Shown here: one piece after another, positions 26,723 through 34,854 of the stretch | Position numbering within the stretch: the first letter of the stretch is position 1 | Layout of the letters: each line of letters starts with the position of its first letter | Assembly (NCBI GenBank): GCA_050261175.1 | Contig: JBLNDA010000018.1 | Location: 21,510-85,509 of the forward strand | DNA: 64,000 nucleotides | Source: Clostridia bacterium | GTDB taxonomy: Bacteria; Bacillota; SHA-98; UBA4971 | Direction: 5' to 3' | Notes under the pieces: generated by a model | What the model was told of the DNA's origin: nothing | Databases searched by the model: none | What the model saw: the letters and a program-made list of their open reading frames with translations, nothing else | Made by a program: the position numbers and the translations under genes

Positions 26723-28108
26723 GTGAGAGCGTACGAACTCATGAAGAAGTATGCTGCGACCCAGGTGGTTGACTACATGCTTTCATTGCTTGCCAAGGAT
26801 CCCCAGCGTCACCTGGTGACGCTCACGAAGATTCTCGAAGCCTTCGCCGGCACGGCGGAGCACAGGCAGCAGATCCAGACGGCCAGGCGGGCCTTCGAGA
26901 ATCCAGATCACGTGTGGACCCGGTATGCGGAGAGGGCGTTTTCATCCCTCCACCCGAACTTTCGCACGAAGGGACTTGTCAACCTGTTCGTGAACGAGGT
27001 CTACCTAGGATGGCAGGAGCGCAAGAAACACGCTGACAGGTTGGGTACGAACGTCCCAGCGCTCCTCGTGATAAGCCCGACGATGCGGTGCAACCTCGCA
27101 TGCACCGGGTGCTACGCCGGGAGGTACGCGAAACGGGACGAGATCGACACCGCCACCCTCGACAGGATCATCACGGAGGGCAAGGAGCTCGGCATCCACT
27201 TCATCGTGGTATCGGGCGGCGAGCCATTCACAAGGGAAGATCTGCTCGACATGGCGGCGAAGCACGACGACGTTGTGTTCATGGTGTACACCAACGGCAC
27301 TCTCATCGATAAACCCACCGCGAACCGCCTTGCTGAACTGGGCAACATCTCCCCGGCCATCAGCGTGGAGGGGTTCGAGAAGGAGACCGATGCGCGGCGG
27401 GGGCCAGGCACGTTCGCCAGGGTGATGCAGGCCATGAACAATCTCAGGGAGGCCGGGGCGATATTCGGCTTCTCGGCCACATACACGAGGGTCAACACGG
27501 ACATTGTGGCGAGCGACGAATTCGTGGACATGTTGATCGACAAGGGCGCCATGTACGGGTGGTTCTTCACGTTCGTGCCCGTCGGCAAGGACGCTGACAT
27601 GAGTCTCATGTGCTCTCCCGAGCAGCGGGATCAGATGCGGAGACACATCCTTCACATCCGTGAGACAAGGCCGATCTTCGTCGCGGACTTCTGGAACGAC
27701 GGACCGCTCGTAGCGGGGTGCCTTGCGGGCGGCCGGTCCTACCTGCACATAAACGCGAGAGGCGACATCGAACCGTGCGTCTTCGTGCATTTCGCCGTGG
27801 ACAACATAAAGAACACGACCATCAAGGATGTCCTGACATCCCCGTTCTTCATGGACATCAAGTCGAGGATGCCCCTGAACCGGAATCATCTCAGACCATG
27901 CATGATAGTCGACAACCCGCACATCCTGCGAGAGGTAGTGGCAAAGCACGGGGCTCGCCCGACTCATGAGGGCGCTGACTGCGTCACCACCGTGCTCGCG
28001 GGGGCGCTTGACGAGTACGCGGAGGCCTACGGGAGGATTGCCGACGTTGCCTGGGAGAGGGAATACAAGCACGCAAGGGCGAAAGCCACGGCGGCGGCGG
28101 GCGAATGA
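26723..28108 (+). CDS. Radical SAM protein with twitch/partial-SPASM C-terminal domain, subfamily unknown
   Basis: CNLACTGC (CX3CX2C) is preceded by a ~115-aa helical extension. VVSGGEPF and YTNGTL are present, and the C-terminal C-x13-G-x4-C (CLAGGRSYLHINARGDIEPC) is followed by one further Cys (RPCM). The SD is AAAGGAGG. Confidence 0.8.
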   Translation: MRAYELMKKYAATQVVDYMLSLLAKDPQRHLVTLTKILEAFAGTAEHRQQIQTARRAFENPDHVWTRYAERAFSSLHPNFRTKGLVNLFVNEVYLGWQERKKHADRLGTNVPALLVISPTMRCNLACTGCYAGRYAKRDEIDTATLDRIITEGKELGIHFIVVSGGEPFTREDLLDMAAKHDDVVFMVYTNGTLIDKPTANRLAELGNISPAISVEGFEKETDARRGPGTFARVMQAMNNLREAGAIFGFSATYTRVNTDIVASDEFVDMLIDKGAMYGWFFTFVPVGKDADMSLMCSPEQRDQMRRHILHIRETRPIFVADFWNDGPLVAGCLAGGRSYLHINARGDIEPCVFVHFAVDNIKNTTIKDVLTSPFFMDIKSRMPLNRNHLRPCMIVDNPHILREVVAKHGARPTHEGADCVTTVLAGALDEYAEAYGRIADVAWEREYKHARAKATAAAGE

Positions 28109-28232
28109 GGAGCGTGGCAGGACTCGAGGCTTCGTGTGTCCAGGCGGGGCGGCCGATGGGTGGGGGCGAGCGGCGCTGTGCGATGAGAGCGGCGCTTTGG
28201 TCGGAGGCCGCCTCGCCGGCAACCGGCCGTGA

Positions 28233-28493
28233 TCATTGTTTGGGAGGTTCGGCGTACTCGCTCGCCTCGACAAGAATGACGTCCAAGCCGATCCTACGGA
28301 TCTTTTCCCACGGGATGACGTAATCGTTGTACCGGCCCAGGATGCCCATGAGCCTCGCGGGACCGGGCACCATGATGGATTTCACCTGCCCTGTGGCAAG
28401 GTCGATCTCCATATCGCAGATAGGGCCGAGCCTGCGGCCGTCCACGACGTTCACCACCTCGCGCGTCCGAAGATCCGAGATCCGGACGAGCAT
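28233..28493 (-). CDS. ylmC: YlmC/YmxH-family PRC-barrel sporulation protein
   Basis: MLVRISDLRTREVVNVVDGRRLGPICDMEIDLATGQVKSIMVPG matches the family over its full length. The ATG at 28493 follows a GGGGGTGGTGG SD-like run. Confidence 0.88.
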   Translation of the reverse strand: MLVRISDLRTREVVNVVDGRRLGPICDMEIDLATGQVKSIMVPGPARLMGILGRYNDYVIPWEKIRRIGLDVILVEASEYAEPPKQ

Positions 28494-28590
28494 CGCCACC
28501 ACCCCCAAGGCTTGCATAAATCACTATATTCGCGGGGGTGGCGCTGTGTGCGCGTCCTCCCTTCTTCGATTGCGTGTCATATTACTCGAT

Positions 28591-29412
28591 TCATCCCGCC
28601 GTGAGCGCCAGGAAAAGGCGGTCGAGATTCTCTCCGCGGCTGTGAGGGTCAGGGAGCTGCCGCATGCATGCCACTTGTGGGTCGGACGCGAACGAGAGCC
28701 ACAGCTCCATGGCGCCGAGCGCCGGAGGTCGATAAGCCGGCGGGGACGCCGTCACGCCTTCTCCGGGGTGCGCCCGCACAGACCCGCCGGCGCGGCCTGC
28801 ATAAGGAGGCGCGGCGAAATCCAGCCGGAGCTTCGCGAGGGCTTTCCCGGGCGAGAGCTCGAGAGTCAGGCCCTCGACTTCTCTATCTTTGTTCACTTGA
28901 ATGAAGCACAGCGGCGGGAACAGGACGCACCACCAGTTGCGGCCTTTGCCTTCGCCGAGGACCACTCTCACGGCGTCGTAGTCGCCGCGGGGAACTGTGA
29001 TGGACCCGTACGTGCGTTCAGGAAAAGGGAACGTGCCCATCTCCACCCGGGCGCCGTACGATTTGCCGACGGCGCGGATTCGTTCGGACGCGGCCGCTTC
29101 GAGCTCGCCGGCATCCTCGAGGAGGACCCGCCAGGCCTCCTCCTTCGTCTCCACTGAGTCCAGAAGGTCCTTCGCCCGTGCCAGGACGGCGTCGCGCACC
29201 TCGAGTTTGAGAGCCTGGTCCTCGCGGCTGTCGCTGTTCGCGACGACATGCAAGCGTATGAGGTTCCTGGTGTTGAAGGCATTTTGGGCCCCTACCATGG
29301 GGCTCGAAGGCAAGATCCTCGTATCAAAAACTGCCGCTGACAGAGCCACGCCAGCGACAGTGGCTACAAGTATCAGCGCGCTTACCGCTATCCTTACCCG
29401 CAACACGGTCAC
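28591..29412 (-). CDS. spoIIR: Stage II sporulation protein R (with ~50-aa C-terminal extension)
   Basis: It has a signal/TM segment followed by the hallmark blocks IRLHVVANSDSREDQALKLEVRDAVL and GKGRNWWCVLFPPLCF. Confidence 0.92.
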   Translation of the reverse strand: MTVLRVRIAVSALILVATVAGVALSAAVFDTRILPSSPMVGAQNAFNTRNLIRLHVVANSDSREDQALKLEVRDAVLARAKDLLDSVETKEEAWRVLLEDAGELEAAASERIRAVGKSYGARVEMGTFPFPERTYGSITVPRGDYDAVRVVLGEGKGRNWWCVLFPPLCFIQVNKDREVEGLTLELSPGKALAKLRLDFAAPPYAGRAGGSVRAHPGEGVTASPPAYRPPALGAMELWLSFASDPQVACMRQLPDPHSRGENLDRLFLALTAG

Positions 29413-29443
29413 CTCCGATTCCCGTAGCGCGCCGCGCGAGCGC

Positions 29444-30214
29444 TCACATGAACCTCCTCATGTGTTTGAGCGCGGCCTTCTCGAGGCGCGACACCTGGGC
29501 CTGGGAGATACCGATCTCCTCCGCCACTTCCATCTGGGTCTTGCCTTCGAAGAACCGCAGTTTCAGAATGAGCCGTTCTCTATCGCTCAGCTTCTCCATG
29601 GCCTCCCGAATCGATATCCCTTCGAGCCAGGTCGAGTCCTGGTTCTTCTCGTCACTCACCTGGTCCATGACGTAGATCGGGTCGCCGCCGTCGTGGTATA
29701 TGGGTTCGAAGAGCGACACCGGATCCTGTATCGCGTCCAGCGCGTACACCACTTCCTCACGAGGCAGTTTCAGCTCATCGGCGATTTCCGTGATGGACGG
29801 CTCCTTTGAGTTCCTGCTGACAAGGGCGTCTCTTACCTGGAGCGCCTTGTACGCGACGTCTCGAAGCGAACGGGAAACCCTGATCGGGTTGTTGTCCCTG
29901 AGATAGCGCCGGATCTCTCCGACTATCATCGGGACCGCATAGGTCGAGAACTTCACGTTCTGCGAGAGGTCGAAGTTGTCGATGGCCTTCATGAGGCCTA
30001 TGCACCCGACCTGGAAGAGGTCGTCCACATACTCCCCTCTGTTGTTGAAGCGTTGTATCACGCTGAGCACCAGGCGCAGGTTTCCGTAAATGAGCTTGTC
30101 ACGGGCGTCTTTGTCCCCGCGTCTGACGAGATCGAGGAGTTCACGCATCTTCTGGTTGGTCAGAACGGGGAGTTTCGATGTGTTGACCCCGCATATCTCG
30201 ACCTTGTTCGTCAT
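29444..30214 (-). CDS. sigG: Sporulation sigma factor SigG
   Basis: It is near-identical in blocks to B. subtilis SigG: NKVEICGVNTSKLPVL, NLRLVLSVIQRFNNRGEYVDDLFQVGCIGLMKAIDNFD, STYAVPMIVGEIRRYLRDNNPIRVSRSLRD, and QMEVAEEIGISQAQVSRLEKAA. The ATG at 30214 follows GGGGGAG. Confidence 0.96.
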   Translation of the reverse strand: MTNKVEICGVNTSKLPVLTNQKMRELLDLVRRGDKDARDKLIYGNLRLVLSVIQRFNNRGEYVDDLFQVGCIGLMKAIDNFDLSQNVKFSTYAVPMIVGEIRRYLRDNNPIRVSRSLRDVAYKALQVRDALVSRNSKEPSITEIADELKLPREEVVYALDAIQDPVSLFEPIYHDGGDPIYVMDQVSDEKNQDSTWLEGISIREAMEKLSDRERLILKLRFFEGKTQMEVAEEIGISQAQVSRLEKAALKHMRRFM

Positions 30215-30260
30215 TTCGAGGGGCTCCCCCGTGTTTCCAGAATATCTCAGCTCCAATAGA

Positions 30261-30290
30261 AGTATTGCCCCCAGTACACGCTTTTATTCT
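30261..30290 (-). promoter_or_regulatory. Candidate forespore (sigmaF/sigmaG-type) promoter of sigG
   Basis: On the minus strand, GAATA-N17-CAATACT lies ~45 nt upstream of the sigG ATG. It resembles the sigmaG -35 GAATA / -10 CATACTA-type consensus as I remember it. Confidence 0.35.
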
Positions 30291-30462
30291 GGTCGAGAAT
30301 GGCAAAGTCTCCGATTCGCTCAGCTTCCGGCGCGTGCGCGGCTCCCCGCCCCGTCCCGAGACACGCACGACGGACATAAACAGCAAGGGTGAGATAGGGG
30401 CCGTGCTGGCGAGCTGCCTTCTCGCGATTCGCCTTTCGCCGCATCACGATGGCAAAACCGGG

Positions 30463-30517
30463 TTCGACACACAACATATTGGGCAGTATAATAATAGCTG
30501 CCCACAATATATAGACA
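30463..30517 (+). promoter_or_regulatory. nrdR-nrdDG promoter (TTCGAC-N18-TATAAT) flanked by two NrdR boxes
   Basis: Box 1, ACACAACATATTGGGC (30469-30484), matches 13/16 to the NrdR palindrome acaCaAtATaTtGtgt. Box 2, CCACAATATATAGACA (30502-30517), matches 11/16. Their centres are ~33 bp apart and straddle the -10 TATAAT (30487-30492). Confidence 0.6.
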
Positions 30518-30561
30518 GTGTCAGCCGTACGTGACAACGCGTTCGTTCCGGGAGGGGACAT

Positions 30562-31017
30562 ATGAAGTGCCCATATTGCGGACATCCTGACAGCAGGGTG
30601 ATAGACTCGCGCGCAACCGACGAGGGGGCGGCGATCCGGCGCAGGCGGGAGTGCGTGTCGTGCGAGCGGAGATTCACGACGTATGAGGTCGTCGACGAAG
30701 TGCCGCTCATGGTGGTCAAGAAGGACGGCAGGAGGGAGCCGTTCAACCGCAACAAGATCTTGACCGGCCTCATGAAAGCGTGTCAGAAACGTCCTGTCCC
30801 GATGAAAGTCCTGGAGGAGATAACGAGCGACGTCGAGAGAGAGCTCCGGGGCCGCCTCGAGCGTGAGGTGTCCAGTAGGGAGATCGGGGAGATGGTCATC
30901 CGGAGGCTTCGCGACCTCGACAAGGTTGCGTACGTCCGCTTCGCTTCAGTTTACCGGGAATTCAAGGACATCGATACGTTCATGGACGAGTTGAAGAAGC
31001 TCCTCAACGACGAGTGA
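30562..31017 (+). CDS. nrdR: Transcriptional repressor NrdR
   Basis: It has the zinc ribbon [17 protein letters not shown]...[12 protein letters not shown] followed by an ATP-cone domain. Confidence 0.96.
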   Translation: MKCPYCGHPDSRVIDSRATDEGAAIRRRRECVSCERRFTTYEVVDEVPLMVVKKDGRREPFNRNKILTGLMKACQKRPVPMKVLEEITSDVERELRGRLEREVSSREIGEMVIRRLRDLDKVAYVRFASVYREFKDIDTFMDELKKLLNDE

Positions 31018-31082
31018 TGACCCCGTAGGGGCGAGGCGGGGCGAGGGCACAAGAGGCGAAAGCGCCGGGCTGCTGAGGGTGG

Positions 31083-33221
31083 GTGTCCCTGGCGAGGCAG
31101 ATGAGAGGTGCTGGGAGAGGTGAGGTGTCAGTGGCCGTAAGGGCGGGCGTGACAGAAGTGACCGTCGCGAGCAACGAGAAAGCGGGGTTCGCGAGACCGG
31201 TCAGGGTGTTCTCGAGCATTCAGAAACGCGACGGCCGGATAGTGCCTTTCGACAGGACGAAGATAGTGAACGCGATCTACAAGGCCATGCGGGCCGTTGA
31301 CGAAGAGGACCTGAAGCTCGCAGAGGAGCTCACGGAGAGGGTGCTCGAGCACGTCGCGGTCGAGTGCGTGGGTGCGATCCCCACCGTCGAGGGCGTCCAG
31401 GACATCGTCGAACGGGTGCTCATCGAGGCCGGGCACGCGAGAGTGGCCAAGGCGTACATCCTGTACCGTGACAAGCGTACGAGGATCCGAGAGGCGAAGG
31501 CAGAGCTCATGGACGTGGTCGCCGACATCCTCGTGGAGACGAACCGCGAAAACGCCAACGTGGGGAACTCACCTTCAGCGAAGATGCTGCAGATCGCGTC
31601 CGCGGCGAGCCGGCATTACTATCTCCACAGGCTCATCCCAGAGGACATCGCCCGCGCTCACATAGAGGGGGATATCCACGTCCACGATCTCGACTGGTAC
31701 GGCAAGACGCTGACGTGCATTCAGATACCGCTGTATGATCTCCTATCGAAAGGCTTCAGCACGGGGCACGGGTACATACGGCCCCCGCGGCGTCCGGCGT
31801 CAGCTGCGGCGCTTGCTGCGATCATCCTTCAGAGTTCTCAGAATGACATGCACGGCGGCCAGTCTTTCGGGTTCTTCGACCGTGATCTCGCGCCTTTCAT
31901 GGAGGGCCATTCAGAGGACGAGGTCTTCCAGGCGATGGAGGCTCTCGTCTACAACCTCAACTCCATGCACAGTCGTGCAGGGTCGCAGGTGCCGTTCTCT
32001 TCGGTCAATCTCGGGTGCGACCAGAGCGAAGCCGGGAGAATGGTCACACGATGCCTCTTGCTCGCCTTTGAGAAAGGCCTCGGCCGGGGGGAGAATCCGA
32101 TATTCCCGAACATCATATTCAGGGTGAAAGACGGTGTCAACATGAAGCCCGGCGACCCGAATTACGACCTGTTCAGGCTGGCCGTGCGGGTCGCGAGCCG
32201 CCGGATGAACCCGACGTTCTCGTTCATGGACTCGTCGTTCAACCGGAAGTACGGCTCCGAAGTGGCATACATGGGATGCCGCACGAGGGTCATAGGCAAC
32301 CGGCACGGTCCCGAGGTGACCACTGGCCGCGGGAACCTCTCGTTCACATCTGTCAACCTGCCCCGGATCGCGCTCCTGGCGAAGGGCGACATCGAGAGGT
32401 TCTTCGGCGGGCTTTCGGAGGTCATGCGCCTCGCCGCCAGGCAGCTCTACCATCGCTACAACGTGCAACGCAAGCTGAAGGTGAAGGACATGCCCTTCCT
32501 GATGGGCCAACACCTCTACCTGGGGTCCGAAGCGCTTGGTCCGGACGACTGCATTGAGCCGGCAATCCGCCACGGCACGCTTTCGATAGGGTTCATCGGG
32601 CTTGCCGAGACTCTCAAGGTACTGGTGGGAGCACATCATGGTGAGAGCGACGACGCTCAGAAGCTGGGTCTCGAGATCGTGGGGTTCATGAGGGAGCGGG
32701 TGGACGAAGCGGCGGAGATCCACGACCTCAACTACACTCTCTTGGCGACCCCTGCGGAAGGCCTCTCAGGGAGGTTCGTGGCCCTCGACCGCAAGAGGTT
32801 CGGCGTCATACCCGCCGTCACCGACAAGAAGTTCTACACGAACAGCTTCCATGTGCCTGTGGACTTCGAGATAGGCATGTACGACAAGATAGCCGTGGAG
32901 GGGCCGTACCACAAGTTCACGAACGCCGGACACATCTCCTATGTGGAGCTTTCATCGCCCCCGGTTCACAATCCCGAGGCGGTCGAAGCGATAGTGCAGC
33001 ACATGGCGCGTTGCGACGCGGGTTACGGCGGGATAAACTTCCCGATAGACGAGTGCAGGGCGTGTTCTTTCTCCGGTGTCATCGACGACACCTGCCCGAA
33101 GTGCGGGTCCTCAGACATAAGGAGGGTCCGACGCATAACAGGATACCTGTCGACCATCGACAGGTTCAACGACGCCAAGCGTGACGAACTCGCTGCGCGA
33201 AGGCCTCATCTCTCGTTCTGA
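31083..33221 (+). CDS. nrdD: Anaerobic ribonucleoside-triphosphate reductase (class III)
   Basis: It has an ATP cone (IQKRDGRIVPFDRTKIVNAIYKA), a C-terminal Zn site CRACSF...CPKCGS, and the glycyl-radical motif RRITGYLS. The start is uncertain, with in-frame candidates at 31083, 31101, 31131 and 31206. Confidence 0.9.
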   Translation: MSLARQMRGAGRGEVSVAVRAGVTEVTVASNEKAGFARPVRVFSSIQKRDGRIVPFDRTKIVNAIYKAMRAVDEEDLKLAEELTERVLEHVAVECVGAIPTVEGVQDIVERVLIEAGHARVAKAYILYRDKRTRIREAKAELMDVVADILVETNRENANVGNSPSAKMLQIASAASRHYYLHRLIPEDIARAHIEGDIHVHDLDWYGKTLTCIQIPLYDLLSKGFSTGHGYIRPPRRPASAAALAAIILQSSQNDMHGGQSFGFFDRDLAPFMEGHSEDEVFQAMEALVYNLNSMHSRAGSQVPFSSVNLGCDQSEAGRMVTRCLLLAFEKGLGRGENPIFPNIIFRVKDGVNMKPGDPNYDLFRLAVRVASRRMNPTFSFMDSSFNRKYGSEVAYMGCRTRVIGNRHGPEVTTGRGNLSFTSVNLPRIALLAKGDIERFFGGLSEVMRLAARQLYHRYNVQRKLKVKDMPFLMGQHLYLGSEALGPDDCIEPAIRHGTLSIGFIGLAETLKVLVGAHHGESDDAQKLGLEIVGFMRERVDEAAEIHDLNYTLLATPAEGLSGRFVALDRKRFGVIPAVTDKKFYTNSFHVPVDFEIGMYDKIAVEGPYHKFTNAGHISYVELSSPPVHNPEAVEAIVQHMARCDAGYGGINFPIDECRACSFSGVIDDTCPKCGSSDIRRVRRITGYLSTIDRFNDAKRDELAARRPHLSF

Positions 33222-33251
33222 GCGTAGGCCCTGCGCGGGATAGGTGATGAA

Positions 33252-33803
33252 ATGACTGAATTGAGGCTCAGACTCGCCGGGATCACCAGGGAAAGCGTTG
33301 TGGACGGCCCGGGGATAAGGGCGGTGGTGTTCGCCCAGGGCTGCCCGCATCGATGCAAGGGGTGCCACAATCCCGAGACCCACGACCCGAGCGGCGGAAG
33401 GACGCTGGCTCTGGACGAGATCTTGGAGCAAATGCGGCTGACCCCTATCGTGCGCGGAATCACGTTCAGCGGGGGGGAGCCGTTCGCCCAGGCAGAGGGT
33501 TTCGCGCTTCTTGGGCGGCGGCTGAAGCACATGGGCTTCGACATCGTGACGTACACAGGGTACACGTGGGACGCGCTCGTGAGCCCCGATGCGCCGGCAG
33601 CTTGGCGAGAACTCCTCGACGTTACGGACATCCTCGTGGACGGCCCGTTCTTGGAGAGCGAGAGAGATACCGGCATAGCCTTCCGGGGGTCGCGCAACCA
33701 GCGTATCATAGACGTGAAAGGGTCGCTCAGTCTCGGCACCGTAGTCGACCTTGGCTGGAAGTACGATCTTGCGGGCTCGTCCGTGCCTTCGAGTGAGGGT
33801 TGA
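33252..33803 (+). CDS. nrdG: Anaerobic RNR activating radical-SAM protein
   Basis: ESVVDGPGIRAVVFAQGCPHRCKGCHNPETH (CX3CX2C) is present, and the gene lies directly downstream of nrdD. Confidence 0.92.
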   Translation: MTELRLRLAGITRESVVDGPGIRAVVFAQGCPHRCKGCHNPETHDPSGGRTLALDEILEQMRLTPIVRGITFSGGEPFAQAEGFALLGRRLKHMGFDIVTYTGYTWDALVSPDAPAAWRELLDVTDILVDGPFLESERDTGIAFRGSRNQRIIDVKGSLSLGTVVDLGWKYDLAGSSVPSSEG

Positions 33804-33842
33804 GAGGCCGGAGAGGCTCCCGGCTTTCGATGTGGAAGGCTG

Positions 33843-34661
33843 GTGCGTGAGTTGGAGACGCGTCGTGCAGGCGGCCTCGAGTACCTGGTGTTTCCGGAGA
33901 TAGAGGCCCTTGGGATCGTGTCGCACGCTTTCACCACGAGGCTCGGTGGGATCAGCGAAGGGCCCTTCGCCACGCTCAACATGGGATTCCACGTGGGTGA
34001 CGACCCATACCGGGTGCGTGAGAACCGTAGGTTGGCGCTTTCCGCGATCGGGGCGCCGGAGGGCGGTCTTGTCGCCGGCGAGCAGGTTCACGGTGACGCT
34101 GTGGTGGTGGTCGGGCCCGAGGACAGGGGACGGGACTGGTCGCCGTGGTCGCCGGGCATACCATCGACGGACTGCCTCGTTACGGCATCGCCAGGGATCG
34201 TGCTCTCGTGTTACGTGGCAGACTGCGTGCCCGTTTTCCTGGCTGACCGGTCAGGCCGGGCGGTGGGGCTCGTGCACGCCGGATGGCGCGGGATCGCGCG
34301 GCGGGCACCGCTGAAGGCTGTCGAGGCGCTTTGTGCGGCGTTCGACCTCGACCCGCGTGGCTTGGTCGCGGGGATCGGCCCGTCGATAGGACCATGTTGC
34401 TACGAGGTGGGGCGCGAGGTCGCTGAGGCGTGTCAGGCGGCGGCGGACACAGCCGACATCATCCGCCCCGCGGGACGCGATCGCTTCCACTTGGACCTCA
34501 AGGAGGCATGCCGGAGGGAGCTCGAAATAGCGGGGCTCGCGCCTGACGGCATCTTCATTGCGACCCTCTGCACGTCCTGCAGATTCGACCTTTTCTTCTC
34601 ATACAGGGCCGCGCGCGGCACGACCGGGCGTATGGCCGCGATAATGTTCATCCCTGAGTAA
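33843..34661 (+). CDS. pgeF: Peptidoglycan editing factor PgeF / YlmD (laccase-domain, DUF152)
   Basis: FTTRLGGIS, QVHGDAVVVV, ADCVPVFL, HAGWRG and CTSC are the typical YfiH/YlmD blocks. The gene is syntenic with ylmE-sepF. Confidence 0.88.
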   Translation: MRELETRRAGGLEYLVFPEIEALGIVSHAFTTRLGGISEGPFATLNMGFHVGDDPYRVRENRRLALSAIGAPEGGLVAGEQVHGDAVVVVGPEDRGRDWSPWSPGIPSTDCLVTASPGIVLSCYVADCVPVFLADRSGRAVGLVHAGWRGIARRAPLKAVEALCAAFDLDPRGLVAGIGPSIGPCCYEVGREVAEACQAAADTADIIRPAGRDRFHLDLKEACRRELEIAGLAPDGIFIATLCTSCRFDLFFSYRAARGTTGRMAAIMFIPE

Positions 34662-34854
34662 GTGACCGCCCCGAGCCTCCGCCCACGAGTGACCGCCCCT
34701 CCATGCCCGGCCTGTCGAACTTCCGGGGTTCCGGCGCTACGGTGTCACATGGTTTCGAATCGCGACGAACACAAGTTGGCCTGTGCCGTCCCCCGCGAGG
34801 CAGGACTTGAACGCGGCCTGTAGAAAGACTATCGCTGTACGGGAGGTATCGGGC

